From Thermoanaerobaculaceae bacterium (GTDB taxonomy: Bacteria > Acidobacteriota > Thermoanaerobaculia > Multivoradales > UBA5704), in contig CAVZUZ010000012.1 in assembly GCA_963778565.1 (NCBI GenBank), positions 432,578 to 496,577 on the forward strand: DNA of 64,000 nucleotides, in the 5' to 3' direction. This document shows positions 1 to 9,241 of the stretch, in pieces. The position numbers and the translations under genes are program-made. Every line of letters begins with the position of its first letter. Position 1 is the first letter of the stretch. The notes under the pieces are model-generated. The model had not been told where the DNA came from. It did no database searches and worked only from the letters and a program-made list of their open reading frames with translations.

Positions 1-2129
1 TCGACGGCGATCCTCGGCGGCACGAACGCCTACGCCTTCGTCGACAGCGCCGGGGCGATGCCGAAGTCGATCGTCATCAACGACAGCTCCTTCGACTGGA
101 CGGGGGACGTCAAGCCGAACGTCGCGATGAAGGATTCGGTCGTCTACGAGGTCCACCTGCGGGGCTTCACCAAGAACGACGCCGGCCTCTCGTCGGCGGT
201 CCGCGGCACCTACGACGGCTTCAAGGCCAAGGCGGCCTATCTGAAGACCCTGGGGGTGACCGCCGCCGAGCTGCTGCCCGTTCACGAGTACCCGCAGTGG
301 GACGATCCCGTGGGCGGCGCCACCGCCGACCGGGTGAACTACTGGGGCTACATGACCACCCAGTTCTTCGCCCCCAACCGCGAGTACCTGTGCACGGACA
401 CGGCCTCCTGCACCTACACCGCCGGCCAGCAGGTCAACGAATTCAAGGAGATGGTCAAGGCCCTCCACGCCGACGGCATCGAGGTGTGGCTCGACGTGGT
501 CTTCAACCACACCTTCGAGGGCGGCGCCTGCGCCGGCAACCCGGTGCGCTACATCAACCTGCGCGGCATCGACAACGCCAACTACTACACCCTGGCGGAC
601 GACAAGACCTGCTACTGGGATTCCACCGGCACCGGCAACAACCTGAACGCCAGCCGCGCTCCCGTCCGCAGGCTCATCCTCGACAGCCTCGCCTACTGGG
701 TCGACAAGATGCACGTCGACGGCTTCCGCTTCGACCTCGCCTACGAGCTGGGGCGGGAGGGCAGCGACGGCCGGGTCTTCAACGCCAACGCCCAGACCCT
801 CGTCGACATCGCCCAGCTCGCCGACGACAAGGACGTCAAGGTCGTCGCCGAGGCCTGGGACACCGGCCGGCTACGGGGTCGGCCAGTTCCCGGACGGCTG
901 GTCGGAGTGGAACGGCTTCTACCGCGACAACCTGCGCAAGTACACCAAGGGCGACAACAGCCAGGTGGGCAACCTCGGCGCCTCGGTGACCGGCACCTGG
1001 ACCGGCTTTCAGACCACCGCCGGAGAGCGTCAACTTCGTCACCGCCCACGACGGTTTCACGCTGAACGACCTCGTCTCCTACAACACCAAGCAGAACGGC
1101 ACGGGCCCCTGCAATCCGACCGGCGCCGATCCCGGCAGCGGCAGCGACACCAACGACAGTTGGGACAGCGGCGGCGACGAGGTCCTGAGGCGGCGCCAGA
1201 TCCGCAACTTCGCCAGCAGCCTCCTCCTCCACCACGGCGTGCCGATGATCCTCGCCGGCGACGAGTTTCGCCAGACCCAGAACGGCAACAACAACGGCTA
1301 CATGGCCGACAACGCCTGCGGCTGGATCGACTGGACCCAGCAGACCACCCACAAGAAGACGTACGACTACTTCCGCAAGCTGATCGCCGTCCGCAAGGCC
1401 CACCCCGGCCTGCGGCGGTCCTACGCGGCGGGCGGCGCCGACCACGACGGCGACTTCTACAAGGACCTGGGCTGGCACGGCACGGCGCCGGACTCGCCCG
1501 ATTGGAGCAGCACCTCGCACGCGCTGGCCTGGCTGATCGACGGCTCCAGTGCCGAGACGGGCGGCCCCGCCGACGCGCCGGACCTCTACGTGGCCTCGAG
1601 CTCCTACTGGGGGAACCTGACCTTCACCATCCCCACCGCCCCGAACGGCAAGTGCTGGTGGCTCGTGGCCGACACCGGCGACTGGGGCGAGGGCACCGGC
1701 AACATCTACTACGACCCGGCCGTGAGCGCCTGGAATTCACAGCCGCTGCCGCGCATGGGCGGCACCACCTACGGCGTGCAGGCGCGCTCGACGCTGGTGC
1801 TCGCCGCCCGTGCGTGCAACGCCTCCGAGGCCATCCGCGTTGACTTCACCGTCAACGGCTTCGTCACCTCGCCCGGGCAGGACCTCTACGTCGTCGGCAA
1901 CGTCGCCGAGCTGGGCAACTGGGACCCGGCCAAGGCGATCAAGCTCAACTGGGTGGACAGCGACACCTGGAGCGGACCGGTCTTCTTCTTCGCCAGCAAG
2001 GGCTCGGGCATCCAGTACAAGTACATCATGCGGCAGGGAGGCTCGACGACGTGGGAAGGGGGCTCGAACCGCAACTACACGGTGCCCGCCTCGGGCTCGG
2101 GGAGCCGGAACGAGAACTGGCAGCCGTAG
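1..2129 (+). CDS. glgX: GH13 glycogen-debranching enzyme / isoamylase (GlgX-like) with C-terminal CBM20 starch-binding domain. The 5' end lies outside the window. The reading frame is broken twice (about 870 and about 1025).
   Basis: GH13 conserved regions are readable across three successive frames: NYWGYMTTQFFAPN, DGFRFDLA and VVAEAWDTG; then GQFPDGWSEWNGFYRDN; then SVNFVTAHDGFTLNDL and MILAGDEF. The C-terminal VDFTVNG..GQDLYVVGNVAELGNWDP..QYKYI is CBM20-like. Confidence 0.85.
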
Positions 2130-2160
2130 GGCCCTCAATCCGGCAACCCCGTTCGCCGCA

Positions 2161-2252
2161 GCAGCTCCGGCCAGCGGGGGTGGTCGCGCAGAGGGTCGTA
2201 GATCGGCCAGGTGGCGAGGAAAGGCGACGAAGCGGGAGCGCTCGTCGCAGGC
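2161..2252 (-). pseudogene. Remnant copy of the 3' end of the wHTH-TPR regulator gene (12558..14354)
   Basis: About 92 nt match 12587..12677 with 2 mismatches and 1 indel. The minus-strand translation ..ACDERSRFVAF.. equals the C-terminus of the 598-aa regulator. There is no start codon and the frame is broken. Confidence 0.6.
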
Positions 2253-2272
2253 CCTCAAGCCCGACCCGCTGC

Positions 2273-2602
2273 TCACCAGATCGTGATCGGCGCCCTGGCG
2301 CGAGCCCTCCAACGGTTCAGTGCTGCTGCTATAGCGCTATAGACCCCTGCTACGAGCTGTAGAACCCCTACCATGGCGCCGTAGACTCCTGCTACGGCGC
2401 TGTAGACCCTTGCTACGGCGCTGTAGACCCCTGCTACGGCGCTGTAGACCCCTGCTACGGCGCTGTAGACTCCTGCTACGGCGCTGTAGACTCCTGCTAC
2501 GGCGCTGTAGACCCCTGCTACGGCGCTGTAGGGTCGCGATCCGATCACGACGCGGCATGAGAGCAACGCAAGCGCGATGATGATGATCAGCAATGTCCTC
2601 AT
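2273..2602 (-). CDS. Small putative lipoprotein made of about 10 tandem YSAVAGV heptads
   Basis: ATG at 2602. The N-terminus MRTLLIIIIALALLSC looks like a signal peptide with a lipobox (LLSC). The heptads are encoded in frame by the 21-bp tandem repeat. The 3' end runs into the remnant at 2161..2252, so the true stop is uncertain. Confidence 0.45.
   Translation of the reverse strand: MRTLLIIIIALALLSCRVVIGSRPYSAVAGVYSAVAGVYSAVAGVYSAVAGVYSAVAGVYSAVARVYSAVAGVYGAMVGVLQLVAGVYSAIAAALNRWRARARAPITIW
2328..2537. repeat. 21-bp tandem repeat, 10 units (consensus GCTACGGCGCTGTAGACCCCT)
   Basis: Direct reading: the units at 2391..2516 are nearly identical and the outer units are degenerate. The period of 21 equals 7 codons. 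Confidence 0.95.
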
Positions 2603-2805
2603 GCCACCCGTGATCGTCGCAGATCGTGTCTCTTGCTTGGAGAAACGCTCGCCTTCTCATCTCTAAGAGATTCTTTTGTTGGCGTAGCCCCGCTCGCCCC
2701 AGGACACGAGGCGATTGACAGGCTCATGCTCCTCCCCCCGCTGCGGAACGAACAGGTGTGTCACCCGGAACCGCAAGCCGGAAAACGGGCGACGAGGTGT
2801 AGTTG

Positions 2806-3000
2806 CTAACTCTGAGTCACGGAGTCAAAGAGAATTTGGTGGAACGCGTCGAGGAATGGCCGGGCGTCCATGGCGTCCATTCGCTGCTCACCGGCGAGCC
2901 GATGACCGGCATCTGGCGCGACCGGTCGGCGGAATATTTCGCCCGCCGCCGCAGCAAGAAGGTCGAGCCTCGCCAGTTCGTAACGACCGACGACGGAGGC
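2806..3000 (+). pseudogene. Possible internal fragment of a Y1 (IS200/RayT-like) transposase-family gene
   Basis: The translation ..VKENLVERVEEWPGVHGVHSLLTGEPMTGIWRDRSAEYFARRR.. resembles, from memory, the region after the catalytic domain of REP-associated tyrosine transposase-like proteins. It is preceded by an in-frame stop and no catalytic HUH/Y motif is present. Confidence 0.25.
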
Positions 3001-3098
3001 CGCCTTGAAGGAGGGAACCGCCGGCACGCCACGGCGTGCCGGCACGTGTATGACAAGCCCCCTCTTTCTGACACTTGTGGAGATTCCGAGACGTTCGG

Positions 3099-3662
3099 TT
3101 AGCTGACCGTGATCGTCGGATCCCAGATGAAGTAGCCAAACAGCTCTTGCGTCAGGTTGTCATCCTTCAAGAAATACTGTGCGAAGCTGAGATCGAAAGA
3201 TTCCGTGCCGGACCTCTTGACTGCGGAATTATAGGAGGCGAAAGAGATCTTCTGCAAGGCAGGCGGAACTCCAGTGCCCTCCGTAGGCACGACGGCGTAA
3301 TCGCGCTCTACAAAGTTCTGCTGGAATTGGTTGAATACATCGTCACCCTTTCTTTTCGTGAAGCCATACACGATCACCGCTGAATTCGCGTTGGCCTCGA
3401 TCGAAGTGCCGACGAAACTAACAACGTCGGTAACTTTGGCTTTGAAATGCAGGTTGTAAGCTCCCTGACCACTGACGATGCCCCGTGAGCTGTCACAGAT
3501 GAAGCGCAGGCTGTCGTTAAGACTAGAGGGAAGCGGAGTTGGCTCCGCCATTTGTTGGCTGGGAGGTGTTTTGCTGTCTTTGCACCAGGTTGCGATCGCA
3601 GCAGTGTCAACTACGAATAGAATGTGAATGTTCTCTAGTGGAGTGCTGGTCATTTCGTCCAT
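3099..3662 (-). CDS. AidA/PixA-type inclusion-body family protein (putative)
   Basis: AGGAGG lies 6 nt upstream of the ATG at 3662. The motifs NIHILFVVDTAAI, SRGIVSGQGAYNLHFKAKVTDVVSFVGTSIEANANSAVIVYGF and a C-terminal WDPTITVS match my recollection of the PixA/AidA family. The G+C content is visibly lower than in the flanks. Confidence 0.6.
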   Translation of the reverse strand: MDEMTSTPLENIHILFVVDTAAIATWCKDSKTPPSQQMAEPTPLPSSLNDSLRFICDSSRGIVSGQGAYNLHFKAKVTDVVSFVGTSIEANANSAVIVYGFTKRKGDDVFNQFQQNFVERDYAVVPTEGTGVPPALQKISFASYNSAVKRSGTESFDLSFAQYFLKDDNLTQELFGYFIWDPTITVS

Positions 3663-3913
3663 CACGGACCTCCTGGGAGTTTTTCCCGTTCTTGGTTCCC
3701 GAATCGCTTGGCCGTTGAATCACCGACGCCACGCTGGCGTCGTTAGGGCTCGCCACGAAATAAGTGCCTCATTTGCCGATTTTTCCCCCTTGTAGATGCT
3801 GGCGGGAGAGAATCGACTATGAGCCAGTTATTTTGTGGCGAGCCCTTAGCGTAAGTGTGCGCCGCGTTGCTTTAGCTTGAAAGCTCTTCCTCTTCCCCAG
3901 CCTGCATCTACAC

Positions 3914-4189
3914 CTAAGGGTTAATCCGTGTGATGTCGGTGATATGAGGATCGCCATCGAATGGTGCATAGACGTAGATCAGTGCCGCGAGCTCAGGTTG
4001 CCCAGGATAAACAACTTTCCCTTCGCAGAGGAAGCAGTAGTTTAGCCCGGCGACGACCTGAGTGGCAAAGGCCAGTGGGGTGTACTGTACCCCCTCCAAA
4101 CCCTTCAATGCCCGATCGAATACGTTTTTCGCTTCGGGAGTGATGGTGAAGCTGAAACTACCCCATGCGCCAAGAAGAGTGCGTGACAT
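3914..4189 (-). CDS. Small (91 aa) cystatin-like protein with a QVVAG motif
   Basis: A strong SD (AAAGGAGACATT) precedes the ATG at 4189. ATQVVAGLNYCF carries the cystatin QxVxG signature. The ORF-track start at 4321 has no SD. Confidence 0.7.
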   Translation of the reverse strand: MSRTLLGAWGSFSFTITPEAKNVFDRALKGLEGVQYTPLAFATQVVAGLNYCFLCEGKVVYPGQPELAALIYVYAPFDGDPHITDITRINP

Positions 4190-4492
4190 AATGTCTCCTT
4201 TTCTCTGGTTTTTCGCGGCGCTTGCACTGGCCGGCTCGATGGCCGCTGATCTGTCGTGGTCGCCGTGGTCGCCGTGATGTCTACGGTTGGACAAAAGCAA
4301 GGGATGTGCCAGACAAAGCACAGAGGGGAAATAATTTATGGGCGGTTGTCAGCGACAGCTCCGACTGTCGGGCCGGGCTCTCCGACAACCTCCGACAACC
4401 TCCGAGCCCCTGGAGACGAGACGTGTTACCCTTGGCGCACGCCTTGCACAAAGCGTTGGAGAAAGACGTTCGCAACCCAACGGAGAACGATC

Positions 4493-4966
4493 ATGACCGA
4501 GTATGTCTGGGAGCTTGGAATCGATTGGAACGCGATTGAAACCGTGGGCGTGAGCTACCTGCGTGGAGGCCTTGTCAAGAAGGTCGACGGCGAACCCGAC
4601 GTGCCCTTGCCGGGCACTGCGCCGGTGGAGCACGACGACCAAATCACCTTTCGGATCTTTGATGTGAGCTCATCTGAGCAGGTGGCCGAGGTCGGATCTT
4701 TCGTCATCCTCACGAAGGCAGCGGTCAACGGCCAATTGTTTGACAACCCGTTGAGCTCCCTCCAGCCCGAGATCACGCCGGACGACCCAGCCGCTTCTCC
4801 GAGCCTGCTCGGAAGCGCTCGCCGCTCCTGGACCTGTTCGCCGGTGACGGTGACGGCTTCTTCGGGGCGTTTTCTGCTGACCACTCAAGTGCAGGCGATT
4901 GGGCCTGATGACCGGGTACGCCTTTTCAGCCATGATCCCGAAATGGTCGTGGGGCCGTTCGAGTGA
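4493..4966 (+). CDS. Hypothetical protein (157 aa)
   Basis: GGAG SD (GGAGAACGATC) lies before the ATG at 4493. The composition looks coding, with no recognised motif. It ends ..HDPEMVVGPFE, faintly like the WDPxITV end of the AidA/PixA-like neighbour. Confidence 0.6.
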   Translation: MTEYVWELGIDWNAIETVGVSYLRGGLVKKVDGEPDVPLPGTAPVEHDDQITFRIFDVSSSEQVAEVGSFVILTKAAVNGQLFDNPLSSLQPEITPDDPAASPSLLGSARRSWTCSPVTVTASSGRFLLTTQVQAIGPDDRVRLFSHDPEMVVGPFE

Positions 4967-4977
4967 TCCCACTTCCT

Positions 4978-7264
4978 TCATAGAGCGGTCGAGGCTGGGG
5001 CCAGCCGGACCAGGAGTCTGTGATAGCGCACGTCGCTGCGGAGCGCGAGGAGCTCCGGATCGCGCTTCACTTCGGCCAGGGGATAGCCGTTGTGAAGCGC
5101 CCTTTCGAGCACCGCGAGCGCCGGCTCGCGGCGACCGCAGACCTCGTGGGCGACCACGATCCGGAACTGGGCGTCGGCGTCCTTCTGCGCCAGCCGTTCG
5201 ATCTCCCCGCTCGCGGCGAGGGCGGGTCCGCAGTCTCCGCGCTTGGCCAGGTAGACCCCGCGCCGGCTCAGGAGGGTGGCATCCTGCGGCGCGGCGCGAA
5301 GCGGGTCTGCCAGAAGCTGGAGGGCCCGCGAGTAGGCCTCGCGAGCCCGGGTGCCGCCCTCGGGCAGAAAACGGCAGGCATCCCCGAGATTGCCCCAGAG
5401 GAGATAGTTGTTGGCCCCTCCCGGCAGCTCGAGCGCCTGCTCATAGGCCTGGGCCGCCTGCGGATAGAGCCCCTGGGCGAAGTAGAGGGTCCCCAGGGCG
5501 GAGTAGAGCGACGGCTGGGGCTGGATCTCCAGCGCCTTTTGAAACTGGGCGGCAGCCTGGGCCAGGTTGCCCTGTAGATAATAGGCCGATCCCAGGTTGC
5601 GGTAGCCCAGAGGGCCGTCGGGGGCCAGGCGGATGCTCCTCTGGAAGGCCGCGATGGCTGGAGCGAGGCGGCCGGTGCGCAGGTAGAGCGCGCCCAAGGC
5701 GTCGTAGAACAGGCGGTCGGGGCGCAGGACGACCGCACGCTGAAGCGCGGCTTCCGCCAGGTCGAGCTGGGTCCGGGCCTCGTACACGGCGCCGAGGGCG
5801 TACTGAGCATCGGCGTTCCCCGGTTCGAGCTGGATCGCCTTTTCGATCTCCCGGGACGCCTCGTCCAGCCGCCCGAGCGAGGTGTAGACCAAGCCCAGAC
5901 TCACCCGGGCCGATGCCAGGTAGCCGTTGAGCGCAACGGCACGCTCGGCCAGCGGCAGGGCCTGGTCCAGCCACATCCGGTCCTTGCTCTGACTCTGGAA
6001 CTTGAGTTGGCAGGCGCGCGCCAAGGCGGCGTGGGCCGCCGCATGATCAGGGTCACGGCCGATGATCTGCCGGAAGTCCGCGATCGCCTCGTCGAGGTTG
6101 CCCGGTTTGTCGTAGCGGCGGAGCGCCGCCGAGCCCTGCTCGTAGAGCTCATACGTGCTGGCGGTGCGCTGCGGTGCGGCAAGGCGCCAGCCCTGCCAGC
6201 CGAGGGCCAGGACGAGGAGGAGCCCGCCGGCGAGGAAGACGGCTGGCAGGAAGGCGCGACGGCCGCGCGGGAGAGTGGCGCTGGACGACTCCGACACCCG
6301 CGACCCGCGGCCGTCCCGCGACCCACGTGGCCTCGTCCGGCGGCTGCCCGGGTGCGCGATCGGTGTGATCGGATAGAACGGCGGCGGCTCCTGCGGGCGG
6401 TCGCAGCGCCGGCAGACGGGCGGCGGCCTCTTCGAGACGGGCGACAACCTCGCCGGCATCCCGGGGGCGGGCGTTCGGCTCCTTCTCGAGCAGCCGCTCG
6501 ACCAGCGCGGAGACCTCGGCGGGAATCTCGGCGCGCAGCCGCCGCACCGGCAACGGGCGGTAGTTGCACACACGGGCCAGGGTGGCGGCGGCGGAGGAGG
6601 CGCGGAACGGCGCCTCTCCGGTGAGCATCTCGTAGAGCAGCGAGCCCAGCGAAAAGAGGTCCGAGCGGGGATCGAGCGGCAGCCCCAGGGCCTGCTCGGG
6701 CGACATCGCGTAGCTCGTGCCCATCACCGTGCCCGTCTGCGAGAGCGTCGTCTCGTGCCCCGGCCCCCCCTCAAGGGACAGCGCGCGGGCGATGCCGAAG
6801 TCGAGGACCTTGGCGTGACCCGCCTCGGTGATCATCACGTTGCCCGCCTTGAGGTCGCGATGCAGGATGCCCTGCGCATGGGCGGCGGCGAGCCCTCCGG
6901 CGATCTCGCAGCCCCACTTGAGGGCGCTCCGGATGTCGAGCGGACCAGCGGAGAGGAGCTGGCGCAGCGTCTTTCCCTCCACCAGCTCCATGACGAGCCA
7001 GTCGCCTTCCGGCGATTCCACCAGATCGTAGATCTGGACCACGGCAGGATGGGTGAGCCGGGCCCCGGCCTCGGCCTCGCGGCGAAAGCGCTCGCGCGCT
7101 CCCGGCTGGTCCAGGATCTGCGGCAGGACGTGCTTGACCGCCACCGGCCGCTTCAGCCGTCCGTCCCAGGCGCGCCAGACTTCTCCCATACCGCCGGCGG
7201 CGAGCCGCTCGACGAGCCGGTAGGGCCCCAACGCTTCGGCCGGCGGGTTTTCCTCCCAGCTCAA
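4978..7264 (-). CDS. Ser/Thr protein kinase with a TM segment and a C-terminal TPR array. The frame is broken once, near 6300.
   Basis: Hanks kinase motifs are present: GGMGEVWRA, VAVK, HRDLKAGNVM, DFGIAR and SPEQ. The second frame (ORF 4978..6573) carries a TM segment (FLPAVFLAGGLLLVLALGW) and at least 8 TPR-like repeats. The start codon is TTG at 7264. Confidence 0.85.
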
Positions 7265-7304
7265 GGCTGCTCCTCCCGGCTCATGGCTGTTCCTCCCGGC
7301 TCAT
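7261..7304 (-). promoter_or_regulatory. Tandemly triplicated 20-nt translation-initiation region, with two 7-codon uORFs (MSREEQP) chained between the activator stop and the kinase start
   Basis: The minus strand reads ATGAGCCGGGAGGAACAGCC ATGAGCCGGGAGGAGCAGCC TTGAGCTGGGAGGAAAACCC. Each unit holds a GGGAGGA SD. The stop/start overlaps are ATGA (7301-7304), ATGA (7281-7284) and TTGA (7261-7264). Confidence 0.5.
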
Positions 7305-8953
7305 GACGGCTTCGCGGGGACCGGGGGGATCGAGAGCAGGCCGAGCTGTTTCATCCGGCGCCGGATTCCGGCCTCCGAAACGTGCAGGAGCGCCGCCATT
7401 TCGCGCAGGCGGCCGCCGCAGCGTTCCCCGGCCTCGACGATCTCCTCACTGCTCAGGTCCATCGCCTTGCGAGTGCTCGGAAAAGTGTCGAGAAGGAAGT
7501 AGAGCGACGGGCGCGAGATGCCGAGCTGGCGGGCGGTCGCCCGCGGCTGCCAGCGGTTGGCCGCGAGCGCCGCGAGCAGCTCCTCTTCAGAGACGTCCTG
7601 AGGGCTGCGATAGACCGTCCGCGGTGGCGCGGGTGCGGCCGGCGGGGCCGCCGCAGGCTCCGACGGTGACCTCGACGCCAGGGGCGGCCTCTCTTCGCGC
7701 AGCAAATCCTCGATTGCCGACGGTAGCTGGGTCTCCGCGACGTCCTCTCCGGTGCCGCGGCTGTCGATGGCCAGAGAGCGGGCGACGTTGCGCAACTGGC
7801 GGACGTTGCCGGGCCACGGTGCCGCGGCGAGGCGGGCGATCCACGCCGCGGGAGGCCAGGGCTGCGCATCCGGGCCGGGAGCTGTCAAACGATGCTCCTC
7901 TCCCACGATGGCGAGCTCCTCGTGGAGGAAGTGAAAGAACAGCCGTCCGATGTCGTCGCGCCGCTCGCGCAGGGCGGGGAGGCGGATCGCGTACCCGCCC
8001 AGGCGGTGCAGGAGCGGAGCACGGAAGCGCCCGGCGGCGACCGTCTGCTCGAGATCCGCGTCCGTAGCGGCGAGAACGCGCACATCGACGCGCGCCGGCT
8101 CTTCACCCCCCAGCGGCTGGACCTCGCCGCTCTCCAGGGCGCGCAGCAGCAGTGGCTGCACCTCCTGCGGAGTCTCGCCGATCTCGTCGAGGAAGAGCGT
8201 GCCGCCATGGGCGCGGCGGAAGTAGCCTCGCCGCGCGTGCTCGGCGCCGGTGAAGGCTCCGCGCGTCGCCCCGAACAGCTCGGCGGCGGCGAGCGACGCG
8301 GGCAGGGCGCCCATGTTGAGCGCCAGGAAAGGCCGGTCGCGCCGGCTGCTCGCGCCATGGAGAGCCGCGGCCACCAGCTCCTTTCCGGTCCCCGATTCGC
8401 CGCGCAACAGCACCGGGACATCGAGGTCGGCGACCCGCGCGATCTGGCGGCAGAGGTCGAGAAGGGGATCGCTCAGCCCCACCAGGCCGTAGCGTGGCAA
8501 GCTGCCGGGAAAGACCGGGCGGAAGCGATGCAGCAGGAGGACCACGTGGCCGGCGAGCAGCAGCACCACGCCGCGATCCACCTCGGCGGCCGAGAACGAG
8601 GCCTCGCTGTCGACCGGCTCGTCGTTGGCGGCGAGGGACATGGGCGAGTCGCCCCGGAGCAACCGGACGCCGCCGTCGGTTGTCGAACGGAGGAGCCAGG
8701 GACGGCGGCTGAGATAGGGCACGGCGAGAGGCTGGGGAGCCGATGTACCCGGCGGGGCGAACCCCGGTTCCGCTCGCGACAAGAGCGCTTCCCGTCCCGA
8801 CGACAGATCGAGCAGAGCCGCCCGCTCGCCGACCCGTTGGACCTGGGGGTGGCCGAGGATCGTCAAGCCGGCAACGGTGAGCGAAGGTGGGGTCTTACCC
8901 GTCGGCGTTGACCACGTCTGCGTCTCCAGACGGTTCTCGCTCCTGGGCCCCAT
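7301..8953 (-). CDS. Sigma-54-dependent transcriptional activator (bEBP) with an FHA-like N-terminal domain
   Basis: AAA+ motifs are GESGTGKE, a canonical GAFTGA loop (TRGAFTGAE) and GTLFLDEIGE. A C-terminal HTH is present (ARQLGISRPSLYFLL). The N-terminal part YLSRRPWLL..DGGVRLLRGDSPMSLAANDEPV is FHA-like. Confidence 0.85.
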   Translation of the reverse strand: MGPRSENRLETQTWSTPTGKTPPSLTVAGLTILGHPQVQRVGERAALLDLSSGREALLSRAEPGFAPPGTSAPQPLAVPYLSRRPWLLRSTTDGGVRLLRGDSPMSLAANDEPVDSEASFSAAEVDRGVVLLLAGHVVLLLHRFRPVFPGSLPRYGLVGLSDPLLDLCRQIARVADLDVPVLLRGESGTGKELVAAALHGASSRRDRPFLALNMGALPASLAAAELFGATRGAFTGAEHARRGYFRRAHGGTLFLDEIGETPQEVQPLLLRALESGEVQPLGGEEPARVDVRVLAATDADLEQTVAAGRFRAPLLHRLGGYAIRLPALRERRDDIGRLFFHFLHEELAIVGEEHRLTAPGPDAQPWPPAAWIARLAAAPWPGNVRQLRNVARSLAIDSRGTGEDVAETQLPSAIEDLLREERPPLASRSPSEPAAAPPAAPAPPRTVYRSPQDVSEEELLAALAANRWQPRATARQLGISRPSLYFLLDTFPSTRKAMDLSSEEIVEAGERCGGRLREMAALLHVSEAGIRRRMKQLGLLSIPPVPAKPS

Positions 8954-9241
8954 CCTGGGTTGACCTTCCCTGTCTTCTCCGGATTGGCAGCCACTTTAGC
9001 TCCTTCGCAGGCAGGAGGTCAACAGGACCGGCCAGGGACGGCAAGGGCCGTGCGGACAGACGCCGACCGGTGTGAAGACGAGAAGCATTCCACTCCGGAG
9101 CTCGCATGACGCTACGATCCTTCATACTTTCAGCCGGTTACGACGACGTCTTGGCTCGGGAGCCGAGCATCTTCGTCTATTCGGCAGGCACTTGTTTCTG
9201 CACTGCGGGATCAGGGACGGTCCGCTATGGAACGCTGCCCC

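Noticed and set aside
8985-9000. Sigma-54 promoter TGGCAG-N5-TTAG on the plus strand
   Set aside because: The -12 GC dinucleotide is missing at the required spacing, and no plus-strand gene lies downstream.
8895-9125. Small minus-strand ORF (76 aa), or other mini-ORFs downstream of the radical SAM gene, as a RiPP precursor
   Set aside because: There is no SD, it overlaps the activator start out of frame, and its composition is unlike a precursor peptide. The only other mini-ORF (MLGSRAKTSS) is 10 codons long with no SD.
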